Positions 14,225 to 28,700 of a stretch of DNA of 64,000 nucleotides are shown in pieces. A model generated the notes under the pieces. That model saw only the letters and a list, made by a program, of their open reading frames with translations. It was not told the DNA's origin and made no database searches. The position numbers and the translations under genes were made by a program. The stretch comes from Adineta vaga (taxonomy: Eukaryota; Animalia; Rotifera): positions 10,292,001 through 10,356,000 of the forward strand of contig CP075495.1 of NCBI GenBank assembly GCA_021613535.1, read 5' to 3'. Every line of letters begins with the position of its first letter. The stretch's first letter is position 1.

Positions 14225-15344
14225 ATGGCTTCTTGGTATCGTAAAAAAGATTCTGTTCCCTTTGAAACGGCTGAACTTATTGTCAGTGGTATTCTTCCTA
14301 TTGTTCTTATTATTGTGGGGACATTAGGCAATATGTTATGTGTTATTATTCTGCTCAAAAAAGAACATCGACAAACATCAACAAATGTTTATTTGATATT
14401 TCTATGTACTATGGATATGCTGTCACTTTATCAATGGAATCTACGTGATGCTCTTTACCAGTTCACTGATGGAAAACTTCTGATTACAAACCAGTCCTTA
14501 TTTCTTTGTATATGGCACTTATTTTTAGCTTTCTATACCTTGCATACTTCTGCTATGTTTCTTACTTTAATAGCACTTGATCGTGCTTGTCTCCTTTGGA
14601 GTCGATGGTATAAACAAAAGATAGCTCGAGCTCGAATTGCATTCATATTTTCCATCGTCATTTTTCTAGTCTTATTTGGTCTTGATGGTTTTATATTTGG
14701 ATTAGGATTTGAATATCAAGTTTATGACAATTCTACAGCAACATATATTACAATGATAGGATGCTACTATTCTATGAATATGAATCTCACTAATTTCTTT
14801 GCTAATCAATACGCATGGGTAATAGAACAGATTCGTGTAAAGTACTTTTTTTTCATTTTGTTCTTTTTCCTTCTAGATTCATCTAGTAATTATGTATTTT
14901 ATTCCATTTACTGTAATGTTTTTCTGTACCATAATGACTGTACGAAAGTTAAGTGTTCAACAAACATTTGATAATCAACAATTAGCAAATAATGCTCAAC
15001 GAAATCGTCGTATTTCGATCATGTTATTGATGATGTTTTTAAGCTATGTCATATTTACTTTACCAAATCGTCTTTGTTTTTCAATCTTTGTTGATCAATT
15101 AATTGATCATGATTATAGTGATACTGTATTTCTATCATCGAATGTTTTGATGTACACTAGAAATGCATTGAATGTATTTCTTCTGTACGTATCAGTATAT
15201 GGATTTCGACGAGATGTTCGTCGATTGTTGAATAAATGTTATGGAAAAATGAGACATCGAATTGTTCCTCAACAAGGCACACGCGCAGAATATATCGGTA
15301 CAATAACAATGATTCGTGAAAACGGTCAACAGCGTATTAATTAA
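14225..15344 (+). CDS. Rhodopsin-like orphan GPCR, paralog A, intron 14819-14876
   Basis: GTLGN in TM1, STNVYL...MD in TM2, ALDRAC, PF in TM5, FTLPN in TM6. The phase-0 intron joins QYAW to IHLVIMYFIPF. Confidence 0.92.
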
Positions 15345-17133
15345 GTTTATTTACATAGGTACTGATTAAATAAAATCGTCTCTTATGAACTGTTATTGCT
15401 CTAATATTTATCATATTCATATGTGTATATTATTTTGTACTGTTCACATTGATTTCAATAATAAAAAATGTTGTATCTGCATAACAGTTATGTTTTTTGT
15501 CACACACACCGAAATAAACTGAATTTTAATCGATTGATTCAGGTACATTTATTATGAAAATAACATTAAATATATTTTTAATACAAAAGCACTTCATGCA
15601 CAATAGTAACAATTGATAGACCGATTTGAAGTATGATTCTAAGAAATTGTTGTATAATATGTGTTACATATAATGTAAATGAATAGTAATTATATTGTCT
15701 TCCGATAGGACACCACCAACAGTGATCCTCATGCTGCCGTACTAATTTTTACTTGTTCTCGTTCCATTTTTGATCATCCACACCCTCATTTTCAGATCAT
15801 GAATACTTCAAACTAAATATCTCCGTACTTTTGTCAATTTATAATTTCTTCATATTCTCTATACAGGTTCATTCTATGTAATTAATTCTTTTTTGTTTGA
15901 AAGTGCATGTCAGTATGTAGTACGTATCAAAATAGTTTTTGTTAATTAAGCTTTTTTAATTATGTTTACAAACTCCTATATGATTAGACAGTGCCTTTTA
16001 GTGCGTGTGCTCTTATAGGTACTCCATCATAACATACTTTTTAAAATTAAAATAATTAACACATAGATTGCAACTACATACGTATGCTGGGTTAGTATCT
16101 CTATCAAATGACATGATATCCGGCGGAGTGTGTCAAGTCATTTGAATAATTCTAAGCTCGACATCGACTGTGGGCGAGGAGAGGAGGACTTTAACTCTTA
16201 TAAGATGTTGTTATATCTTTCTCTTTCTTGATAATTTCATTAGTAAATATTTCTATTCAAGTTAGTGATTCTAGAGTGTATATTTGATTGCTTGTTCAAG
16301 ATATTAAGAAGAAAGCCATACGTATCCAAAAAGACTTATATAAAGAAAATAAAAGGCCAAAAGAAAATCTTTAGATTACATTTTTTTAAGTAAAAAAGTA
16401 CATAAGGTTTCAATCTTTTCCAGAAAACACTTCGCAGGTACTAAAATTACGATAAATACTAATCCTCACAAAAACTATGTTAAAGAATCATTCATTTTTA
16501 ATTAAAAACCAAAGTTCAGAATACTTTTCGCTAGTGATGATGATGATGATGGTGGTGGTGATGAGTATTGCATTGATCATTTCAATATTTTGAGTTATGC
16601 GAAATAAAAGACGAATCTTTCAGGTGGTCATTGAAGAATTCATTTCATTCCAAGTGAACGTGTATGTTCTTAAATATCAGAATATATTCATGAGAATCAT
16701 ACAATAGCGATCTTCTTAATATCTTTAGAGACAAATGAAGAGGATAATATACATCAGTTAAGTTAAAAGAAATAAAGTGGACAAAATACATTGCTTCAAA
16801 ATTTGTTCGTTTCTTGAAAAAGAAAATGCTAAAAAATTTGAAAACAACTTGTTCAACTGATTCAAATTGGGCTTCGATCATTTTAGTTTTTCAGCTTCTG
16901 GAACATGTAAGAAGGAAACGAAAGAAACCTTAAGGAAACGTATGGTGTGCACTTTTTTCTTAATCTTAAAACTTATTAAGATTTTTGTCTTGTCTCATCT
17001 ATTTTTTACAATAGTGAGATGTTCTTGTGAATAAGAGGACGAGAAAACACTTCGACTTCTGTATAAATATCCTTATTCTCAAAAGAGTTGTGTGTTGTTT
17101 AGATCGTGTAATTCCTACATTATTTAATATTCA

Positions 17134-18273
17134 ATGGCTTCGTGGACTCGAAAACAAGATGTATATCCTTTTGAAACAATTGAATTAGTGATTAGTGGTA
17201 TTCTACCAATTGTTCTTATTGTATTTGGAACTATAGGTAATCTTTTATCGATTATTATTTTATTGAATAAAGAAAATCGTCGAACATCAACGAATATTTA
17301 TCTGATATTTTTGTGTCTAATGGATACAATATCACTTTATCAATGGAATCTTGCTAATACACTTGTATCATTTATTAATAATCAACGACAAATATGGGGC
17401 AATTCCGTCATTCTATGTAAATTAAGTCAATTCTTTGCATTTTATACTTTACATACTTCAGCAATGTTTCTCACATTTGTTGAACTTGATCGAGCTTGTT
17501 TATTAAGAAGCCGATGGTATAAAAGAAAGATAGCTCGTTCATCTGTTGCACTTATTATCTGTATTATCATTCTCGCTATTTTACTTGCATTAAATGGATT
17601 TTTATTTGACTTAGGTTTCGAATATTCAATCTATAATAATTTTACAGGAACATATGAGACTTTTGTCGCATGTTATTATTCAATGAATGCAAAATTGAAT
17701 GACTTTTTTGGAATTCAATATCCATGGGTAAATGTTCTAGTGGCATTGAAAGAAAGTTTCATTGACTTTTTTCTCTTTTAGATTCATCTTGTTGTTATGT
17801 ATTTTTTGCCATTTTCTATCATTATTATTTGTACATTACTAACTGCGAAAAAATTGATATTTAGTCAAACATTCACTAATGGCCAGTTAACTCGTAGTAA
17901 TCGACGTAATCGACGAATTTCAATTATGTTATTATTAATGTGTTTAACTTATGTTGTTTCAACGTTACCGAATCGTCTCTGTTTTTCAGTTTTTTCAAAT
18001 CTTATTATGGGTTATGATTATACAGATACAATATTTCTTAGTACAAATACCTTGATGTATACAAGAAATGCTATAAATGTATTTTTTTTGTATCTATCCG
18101 TTCATGGTTTTCGAAGAGATATACATTCTTTAGCTTTAAGATGTTTGAGAAGACGACCATTGCAAGTATTTCCATTCAATAATTCGATGACAAGAAATAA
18201 CAATGGTTCAATTACAGTAAATAGAAAACATACGGAAATGGCAATCATTCGAGTACCAAAAACAATAAATTAA
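17134..18273 (+). CDS. Rhodopsin-like orphan GPCR, paralog B, intron 17728-17781
   Basis: Collinear paralog of 14225-15344 (shared MASW...PFET.EL..SGILPIVLI, FYTLHTSAMFLT, RNRRISIMLLM, TLPNRLCFS) with the intron at the same position. Confidence 0.92.
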
Positions 18274-19723
18274 CAGTTTTCTAAGTGTTTGTCAATCAAC
18301 CATCAAAGATGAATTCATGTTTCCCTTCTTTATTCTGCTGCAAACGTATATTGTATGTCACATTCTTTTTGTTGTTGTCGTTTAATCAGAAAATTAATTG
18401 TTTTTATTCTAATTAATATTATCTTTCAATAAAGAAGACCGTCTCAACATAAGATGATTAAGCGAAAAGAATCTGTTCATTGAACTGTTTCAATACATAC
18501 TCATGTATAAGAGTATTTTCTAAGTTTTAACCTAGTTTCTTTTGCATATAAAATGACATGAATTAATTTGAAAGAAGGATAGATTTAGTTTGAATATAGA
18601 CTAGATTGCCACGTATTCTCATCAATAAAACTGATCTAAGGTCTAAATTTAGAAACAACAAAGTCTTTTCTCAAAAAGAATGAGAATCTAGATATGTTTA
18701 TTTATACTTCAACTTTCACAGCTTGATGCGCCATGTCAGATTAGGTTTTAAGTATAATTTACAGAAGACTTCGAAAATTGAATTCCTAATAAGACAATCT
18801 AATCAGCAAAACTTTTAAGTAAATATTATGAATGGTTTGACAGATGTGAAAAATAAAACGAACCTATCGAATGTATATATATATATATATAGCGGCCGCA
18901 GAAGAATATAAACTTGATCAATCTAAGTACTATTGATGATTTGTTCGTTATGAATTCATATCTTATAATAATCTTCTTAAAATATTCAATGTCTAGATAA
19001 ATAATATAAATATCTATGTAACCAATTCATTTACTCTTAGTATTGTCGTTATGATTAATGCTTCTAACTATATTTCAAACATGAAACGTCAACTAACATC
19101 TACTTAATATTACTGTCACTTACAAACGTAGGACGTCTTTATCCTGTAGGTTAATATACTGAAAACAACCTAACAGCCATGAAATAAGACAAAATTTTTA
19201 TACCTTTCATAGATAACAAATTCTAAAAGAGATGTATTCTGAATTTAAATCGAAATGATATTTTTTACATTATAGTTTTCTGCTAATTCTCTCTCATGAA
19301 TGTAGGCATTGAGAACTATTATTATTATTATCATACGAATAAAACGTATGCATTGATGGGAACACTATCGATCAAAATTTCGTGATGTTAAAGATTGTTT
19401 TTATTTTGTTTTTATTATTTGTAATATTACTCTAATCTTGAAATATCCAAAGCATTCATTTCAACTATGAGATAATCATCTTGTACGCTAATTCTATATA
19501 CTACATCAGATATACTAAAACTAGAAAGGAAGATATTGTTCTATACTGAACTCAGGATAATAGAACTGCGTAAACATATTAGTATGTTGTTCATGAATCA
19601 CAGTGTTGAAAATAAATCAATGTAGAACATCAGAATTTTTTGCTATTGTAGTTTTCTTTTCAAAGTTCAAAGGAATTATACACATTCGTTTATTTGAAAA
19701 GTTCGTTTTCTAGAATAATTAAA

Positions 19724-19876
19724 TATAGTGATGCAGTATTTCTATTAACAAATACTTTGAAATGCATTGAATATACATTTGCTGTCAATTGTTAAATAAA
19801 TGTTATGGAAAAATAAGACACCCTCAACTCGCTCTTCAACGAAATATAGATGAAGAATACAATGCTATCGTTACTA
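19724..19876 (+). pseudogene. Degraded relic of a third GPCR paralog (TM7 and C-tail only)
   Basis: TATAGTGATGCAGTATTTCTA...AATGCATTGAAT...TTGTTAAATAAATGTTATGGAAAAATAAGACA aligns to 15114-15300 of paralog A with two internal deletions. No upstream TM1-6 sequence is visible. Confidence 0.85.
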
Positions 19877-22227
19877 GAACGTCAGTGTTAGTACAATCGA
19901 AAATTCAAGATAACAATGAACATTATTCTTTACTGATTCTGCAACAAATAACGTTATTTTTTACAACTCTAGTTGAATATTCTCCTGAGCTACTTTCCTC
20001 TTGAATTATTCATAACCGATATTTACAATGCTGTTTTTTCTCCTAGCTTCCGTATTCACAAATTGCTTTCATGGCCTATTATTTCTCTATCAAATAAGAT
20101 GTTATCCATTTTTTTTCATACATATTATAGTTTGTAGGATATCCAACAACAAATTCTTTTCTAAAGAATAGACAGGCACAGAAGAAATATGAATGCTATC
20201 TTTTTTTCAGAAAAGATCATTTTGAAATTAATTAAACATAATGACATATAATAAATTTTCTCATTATGCGTCAATGACGTAAAAGTAGAAATTTTCCAGA
20301 TGAATTTTCACACATTTACTTTGGTGAAAACATGTTTTAATATCAAATACCCGTTCTCTACTAGTTGAACGTTATCTAAAATACAATAAAACGTCGTATT
20401 TTAAGATCTTTTTCAGTTGAAATGAATGTAAGTGTTAAATTATTAATTATTTTTACTAGAATGTTCTCAGTCTCATAGAATTCTTTTTGATACATTATTT
20501 TTCATATACGTCATTCTGCTAGATTAATTTTACTTTGAAAAAGAAACAAATATCTCAAAGGAGTTCTTATGTATTTTCTCTTTCTATTATTTTCATTAGA
20601 CGTTAGTGAAATCAAGCGTATTATCCTTCAATATTTCGGTGAAAAAATGATCTAATTGAATTATTGTTTTCATTATCATTAGTAATAGAAGAGAAACATG
20701 TTTTTCTTATCATTCGAAGAAAAAGAACATATCCTTAAGATTTATTTGACTTGTATTTATCCAATGCTATTGTTTTATTCACTTAGTAAAGATACAAAAA
20801 AAGAAAGAGAAGACATCCGAGTTGCATTCTAAAGTTATTTTTCTCGTAATAGAATCGAAAAAAAATGTCAGGATCTTATTGATCATTCTTACGCTAATTC
20901 AGTGACGAAAAAGAAATGCAAACTAAAACCAAGAGACATCCGATGTTGTGTGTATGTCAAGTTTTCTTCTTTCTTTCATTCATTGTGCTTTTCAGCTACT
21001 TTGTGCCGGAAACTGTAACATTTTCTAGTAAGAGAAAGACTGTCGTTGTCGATGTCGTGATACAATTATGAATCAAATGAACGGTTGTAAAGCGAGCGAA
21101 TGACAATTGAGCACTGATTTCTTTCTATTCTGATAAATATACCATGATCTACATTATCTTTAACAGTTTCATTCGCGAGATCTTGTTTATATAAAATCAT
21201 CAACATTCAATGTTTCTAGCCGAATAAGTTTCTCACTTGATAGATCGTAGTTCAATTTAAATAATAGGTTTTTTTAAAGTTTTCTTAACTATTGCCTTAG
21301 GTAATTATAGGCTGATTGTTGATATTAACATACAGTTTTCAAAGAATTCTTCATTATTGTTTACTTTAATTTTTCATTGACAATTATCAAGTTATTGTCA
21401 AAAATCATGTCCACTGGTAATAATAATCTCTCATTAAACTATCGCTTCCTACTTCTTATTTCATTAAGTACAATTTCTTTTCTTTCTTTTTAATATTCTA
21501 CTAATAAACTCATTTATACATCTATTCTTCGCTATTTTTCTTTTTCTCTTCTCCAGAGTATAAATCTATCTTTTATTCGATTCAATTATACAGCTAAGTT
21601 AGTCGCATGTGAGACTAACTATGAATTACTTCTTTCTCTCTCTCTCTCTCTTACACACTCTATTGTTAATTTCGATCCTACTTAAATATAAATTAACAAT
21701 AAAAAGTATGTAAGTATTCACATTGAACTGAATTATCTTGATTCTGCAATTAGGTATTAAAAAATGATTCGCTCGATTTCTTGGCCTAGTTTGAAATGTC
21801 ATCAATATAATAAAAGGAAAACATAGTGAATGCCTTGTTTGAGGAATTTCAGATTTATAGAAATATATATTTAATTGTTGAATTCGATTGATCTGTCTAA
21901 AAGAGAACGATTTATGTTTATCGTTTATTGATGAAAGAAAAACAAACCTTGGAATTTGTCTATGTGTTCCTTTTTGTTTAATTACAGCGGTAAGATAAAA
22001 AATTTCCGTTGTGCGGAAACATAATAAAATCATTTTGACGTGTATTCGGAAGAGAAAAAAGAAATCAGCTGTTATTGAGCATCTATTGATGATCTTATAT
22101 TTATTGTTTAATAAACATGTTTAAAGAGTCATTTGTAATTTTTTCTAGATGTCGATTGACTCGAATAATTCGATGCAATTTAGCTTTATTTATCTACGTC
22201 AATGAACTAAGCAAATACGAAATTACG

Positions 22228-22472
22228 ATGAGTCTTCTATTAGCTAGTGGTCGACCATCAACTGCTCGTCGTTTATCATACATTAATAATGATTCATCGA
22301 ATAATCAAATACAATGGCCACCATCGATGATAGTTCAACAAGAAAATATGTTGGGAATGGGTCGACGTCGTGCACTTGATTTATATGGAACAAAAGATAT
22401 AGTTTTTTCACATGAACAAATCAAGAAAGCGAAACGATCAAATGAGAGTAGCAGTGGTATACTTCTTTCTCG
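22228..22472 (+). CDS. Isolated coding-like exon, candidate alternative first coding exon of the Cav2 gene
   Basis: ATG at 22228 (MSLLLASGRPSTARRLSY...), codon usage like neighbouring genes within otherwise non-coding DNA, acceptor at 22148, phase-2 donor CG|GTAGGT at 22473. Confidence 0.5.
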
Positions 22473-25400
22473 GTAGGTAAACAGTTTTAACTAGGAAAGA
22501 ATCAATTCAACTTTATATCAGTGATAGTACGTGTAGACTTTGATCTATAAAATTACGTTAAATATAAATGAAGAGAACAGAAATTATTTCTGTAGAAAAG
22601 TATTTTAAATTAGTTATAGGACTGAACAATTGATTCTCAACAGAACCTGAAAAATAAGTAATGAACCATTGCGTAGAGATTTTCATGATGTCGAGTTTTT
22701 CTTTTTCGATAAAATGTTATAACGAGGTACATTGCGATGAACACACACTAACTTGCATGACATATAATTCAATTATCTTCAACTTATCTTATCACAACGA
22801 AAGATCGTCAATGAGAAAATAAGATTTTAATTTCTTAATTGTTCTCATTGAATATTTTCTCATCTATGTTCTATAAATTTCTTGAAAAGACATGTGTTTT
22901 TTCTTGTTCATGAAATTCCCTATCAAGAGTTTTCGATTTGTTTATATTCTTGTAAACAACATCTTTTCAATGTCATTTCTATTGATTGGTGAAAACTAAT
23001 GTTAGATCAGTCACGATCACTATTTCATTGAGTAGACAATAGAAATCTTCAAACTAAATTATTCAATTTCTAAAGAATAATCAATCAATAGTTCTTAGAC
23101 AAATCCAAAGAAATAAACACTATATGAAACTATGTTTTCATAAAATACATTTAGTCAGTTTTCTTCTAATGAGAAAAGGTGACATATAATTCAAAATGAA
23201 TCTCTAATGCTGAGAAATAAAGAGAAGAATTTGCATGTGTTTAGTTTGATTGGTAATAAACTCGAATTTATAATCAAGAAAAAAAAAAGAAAACTTTATA
23301 AATATCAAATAACCATCATTTCCATATATATATCTTTGATCTGAACTAACTGACAGATTTCATTTAAGAACATCTCTTTATTTAAATTATAAACAGAAAT
23401 CATATTGATGTATACTATTCTAATTTTCATCAGTATTTTTCTTTTTGCTAGAGGAAAATCAGTGATTATCATTAGAAAGAAAGAGAAAATAATCTATAAG
23501 ACGGATTGCAATGATAAGATTTTAATACTCTTTCTATAAAGTCTTCTTAACATATTTTATAATACACTTGTTTTAATCGTCGGATAGAATCTATTTCACT
23601 TGGTATTATCATCTCAAACAATAGATTTCTTGTTGAAAAAAAAACTATATTCATATTGATTTATGTCTATGTCAAGGACTTCTTCACTTCTCGATAGGAA
23701 AAGTTCGCTTGATTAAAATAAGATAAATCCCATGTGTCACACACAAAATAGAATGGTAGTTTGATCAGAAACGTCAATGAAGTTATAATCAAATCGAAAT
23801 TTATGTAGATTTTCTTTTGTTAATAAAAAAAACTAAACCTAGTGAAAATTGATCAATAGATTAAATTATCACAAATGAAACGATTCGTATGTAATTCAAA
23901 ACATTGTCTTTGTAATTGACAAACGATAGACTTTGATATAATACATCTCTATACTTATTCTAATAAGATTACATCAAAGATAGTATAATAAAAGAGAGCG
24001 GCAGAAACATGACATGATTATGTTTTTTTGAAAAGAATCCTAAACGAACAAAAGAAGAAGAAATCGATTTCTTTCATACGTCCGAACGTTCATATTTTAT
24101 TCAGAAGAAAGTTATTTGTTTTTTTTTCTTGAATATTTACTTTGAATAATTCTTTCTCGTTTGTTTTTTTCTCTCTCAAATGAATCTTTTTCTTTCAAAT
24201 TCTAAAATTCAATGAATGAAAATTCCTATGACGACAAAAGAAAAACAATACCATGAAAAATTTTTATCTAATAATTAACTTAATTATATTTGATATTCTA
24301 TCGGCAAACTTTTATTTCTTTTCCTATCCATATTTATTATTCTTTGAAATTAGCATTCGTTCTATAAAGAAGAAGAAGAAGAAGAAAAAACGCGAGTCGA
24401 ACAAAAGCTTTTATATTAATTGAAGTTCTTTATCTAAAATGCATTGTATACTATAGTATAGTTCTAATCATTATCAAAAAGAATTGTTAACTATTTTGAA
24501 AGTAAATGATTATCACGTTTGAAAAATTTTATTGACTCTAATTTATATGAGGAGAACAAGCCAGATGGTGTGTGTGTGTGTATGGTTGCATTTTTACAAA
24601 AGAGAGAAAAGAAAAAAATAGCTATTAATCTTTGGTTCATAGGATGGTATGCATGAGAAAGTTGATTGATTGAAGTCTTCAAGATGATAGGAAGAGAAGA
24701 GATGAAGTTTTTTTATCAATCTATTATCGAATGAAATTAATCGGACGAAATTTTTATTAATTAATAGCAAAAGAAGAAAAAAAAAGTGTGTTCAAAAATG
24801 AAATCGAATTGAAAAGAAAAGGGAATGATATATTCTTTTATTTATGTAACATTTGATTAATTGTGTAATTTAACATGCAACTAGTTAAGATGATAGATTG
24901 TTATCGTTAGATTGAATAATCTATGACAGTTAAAAGGGATTAATCAGAAGAGTGTTCTAACTTATTGATGATAAAAACATATGATTTGTTTTTTTATTTT
25001 TCTTAATCCATTTGTGACAGAAATTCTTTCTTTATCTAATGAATATTAACTTATTAACGAAAGATAGTTTTTTTTTGTTTAATCTCTTGAGTATTTCACT
25101 ATTTGCCCTAAGGATACTTAGAAAACCATCAATGTCACACTTGAGACCAATAAGATAAAGCAGACAAATTTTTAGTTGTTCCTATCATGAGTGTATGTCA
25201 TGTGCCAATCGACTTCCTCCTTATTTTCCTAATTGTTTCATCATAAAATGATAGTAACACGAAAGAGACAAGAGGGATATATATATATATATATATACTC
25301 GGAGAGAACGAAGAAGTTTTTCCTCCATATTCTCCTCTTCATTCACTGTAAAATTGATCATCTTTCTCGTTCTTCGTCGACATTGTCTGTCTACGTAAGA

Positions 25401-25797
25401 GCCTTTAGTCCCGTTCTTTCGCCTAAGCTCTGGTGCTCATTCATGTCTGTTGGGGAATCACATCAATAGAACGGGCAAAGTAGGGGTGGGTTTGTTCCGT
25501 TGTATGTTTCTAACATCATGGAAAAAAAAGAAGTAGAAAAAAGAAGACGAAGACGAAGAAAAAATAAGGATCGTTGAACGTGTTCTTCTTTTTCTCATCA
25601 GCCTGCTCGAGCGCAAGTTAGTGTGTGTGTCAACAGCATTTCATCTTCATGCTTGTGTCTCTTTCTTTTTCTTATTGTGCGTATTACTCCCTGGTCTAAT
25701 TTATTTCGACGTATGTTTCTCTAAACGAGAAAGACAACATAGTTAAATCATTATATAACAAGAAAATAAGAGAAAAAGATTTGAATTATTTTCAATC

Positions 25798-28700
25798 ATG
25801 GGTGATTTCAATAATGTTTCTGCTATGATCAGGGCGCTCAAAGAAGGTGGAAATTTAGCAGCATTAACTGGTGGTGATCCACATAATCTTCATTCGGGAC
25901 GACGTGGTGCATGGAAAGCGAAAATAAAACATTATGCCAAACAGATTAATTCATCGACTCAACGTTCATTATTTATATTTAAGAAAAACAATTGGATACG
26001 AAAACGAGCTAATGATGTTATTGAATGGAAGTAAGTTCTTCTCTTTCTGTTTTTTTTAGGATAAAAAACGAACTGATTTATCAAGTCAATGTCTCTCTTA
26101 CATTGTTTTATTTTTAAATATTTATTATAGTCCTTTTGAATATATGGTGCTGTTAACAATCATAGCTAATTGTATTGTCCTTGCACTTGAAGAACATTTA
26201 CCACATGATGATAAAACAACATTAGCTAGATCATTGGTTTGTACTGATAAGAATTGTAGATTTTATGTACAAATCGTTGTGTTCTTTCGTAGGAGAAAAC
26301 AGAAATTTATTTTATTGGAATCTTTTGTTTTGAAGCTGCACTGAAAATAATTGCACTCGGTTTTGTATTACATGAGGGTTCATATCTTCGAAGTCTTTGG
26401 AATGTGATGGATTTCGTTGTTGTTGTGACTGGGTAAGTTACAATTGAATACATTTTTCTTGTGTTTTATTAGTTTATAATTATTCGAACTTTATCATTCT
26501 TTTAGTCTAGCAACGATTAGTATTAAGAAGAATAGTTCGTTTGATTTACGAACATTACGTGCGGTTCGAGTGCTTCGACCACTAAAATTGGTCTCAGGCA
26601 TTCCAAGTTTGTTTCTTTTCTTCATAATAAAATAAAGACAGAAATCTATATGAGCTTTGAATAGGTCTTCAAGTGGTGCTTAAATCTATATTAAAGGCCA
26701 TGGCTCCGTTGTTTCAAATAGCTCTTCTCGTTCTTTTTGCTATTATTATATTTGCTATCATTGGTCTTGAATTATATTCAGGCGTGTTTCATACAACATG
26801 TTTTTATGCAAATCGAACAGGTAAAATACTGCTAAAAATATGTAACATGAAGCATTCAGTATATTTTAACTGTCTAATTATGTTGAGTATAATGTAGACA
26901 TACATATCTTTGACATTCTCTAGTCGAAAAGAATTATTTGTGTCTCGAGAGAATAAAGATCTTATCTATCCTATTTTCTAAAAGTAATTGATTTATTTTT
27001 AGCTGCTGATCCTGATAGTGAAGAATGTAAGTTTTCTTTTCTATTTGTCACTATTTTCTTTGAATACTATCGAATAAATTTTCAGTAATATATAAAGGTG
27101 ATGATCATCAACCAACAACATGTGGAATACCCGGAGGTAAAATTTTTGCTTAAGAAAAGAGAAAAAAACGGTAATTTGAAAGAACATTTCCTGTTTTGCC
27201 ATAGAACCTATATGGGGTTGGTTAAATATGAAACATGGCGTATTTACATGTAATATTGCCAATGAATCCCTTGTGTGTCAAGAATATTGGAAAGGACCTA
27301 ATCAAGGCATCACTAGCTTTGATAATATAGGTTTTGCAATGTTAACTGTCTTTCAATGTATCACTATGGAAGGTTGGACACAAATATTATATTGGACAAA
27401 TGATGCTGTAGGAACACTATTTAATTGGCTTTATTTTGTACCTTTGATTATTCTTGGTTCATTCTTTATGCTTAATCTTGTTCTCGGTGTTCTAAGCGGG
27501 TAATGATTGGAAAAGACGAAGACTTTTGAACATGAAATATGCTTGTTTAATTATCTATAGAGAATTTGCAAAAGAAAGAGAACGTGTAGAAAATCGTCGT
27601 GCATTTTTAAAAATTCGTCGACAACAACAAATTGAACGTGAATATAATAATTATATCGAGTGGATTAATCGAGCTGGTAAGAATTATTTCTTATCAAAAG
27701 TTTAATCTATCGTCTCTTTCATTCGCTCTTCTACAGAGGATGTTATTCTCAATGAAGAACGAACGACTGAACAAGAAAGACGAGCTATTCATGAAGGTAA
27801 ATTTCCATATCCTTAATAAAAGAAAATGATCTAAGTGAAGAAATATTTGGTTAGCACGCAAATATGCTCAATTAAAGAAAACTCGACATAATCGAGTTGG
27901 TAAACAACATAGTGTTGATGATGATGAAGAAGATATTGGTATGTAGAATGCATAAGATCGAATGATCGTATGATTGACATTGAAAATTTGTTAGATAATG
28001 CATTCAATCGTGGTCGTGGTACAGATACGGAAAGAGCAGATCGTCCACGAACTTTTATGCGTCGTTGGCATATTCAACAACGTGTGATCAAGTAAGAAAC
28101 CTATTTGCAAGAAATGATCTAGTATTGATTCATTTATTGTATTTAGAAGTAAAATTCGTATCTTAGTGAAAACTCAAGCATTTTATTGGACTGTAATTGT
28201 TTTTGTGTTTTTAAATACTGCATGTGTTGCTATTGAACATGATCGACAAAATCAATTTTTAACAGATTTTTTATGTATGATCTTTTATTCGAGAAAAAAA
28301 ACAAGTAAACAAATAATGATTGATTCGATTCGATTTAGATTATGCTGAATTTGTTTTTCTTGGTTTATTCGTTTTTGAAATGCTTTTCAAAATGTATGGA
28401 TTAGGAGTAAATCAATATTTTGCATCGTCATTTAATATATTTGATTGTGTGGTATGTTTTTCATCTATTTCCTCGTCGAATAATATACATCTTTTTTATT
28501 AAGGTTATTTTTGGATCAATATTCGAAGTATTTTGGACGTATTTTCATCCGGAAGAATCTTTTGGTGTTTCAGTTCTTCGATCTTTACGTCTATTGAGAA
28601 TATTCAAAGTGACAAGGTTAGTAAAGAACAAATAGAACGGAGAAAACTTATTTCTTATTGATTCCATTTGTTTCGAAGTTATAATTTGGATCTTAATATA

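Noticed and set aside
15700-16930. Patches of coding-like or GC-richer sequence between GPCR paralogs A and B
   Set aside because: All frames are interrupted and I recognise no motif; it cannot be called a gene or transposon relic without a search.
18892-18899. GCGGCCGC (NotI site) right after a (TA)n run in AT-rich DNA
   Set aside because: A single 8-mer with no adjoining vector or adapter sequence; chance cannot be excluded.
26924-26982. Open stretch after an AG inside the Cav2 intron, a possible extra exon
   Set aside because: The phases do not match and the remaining intron would be only 20 nt.
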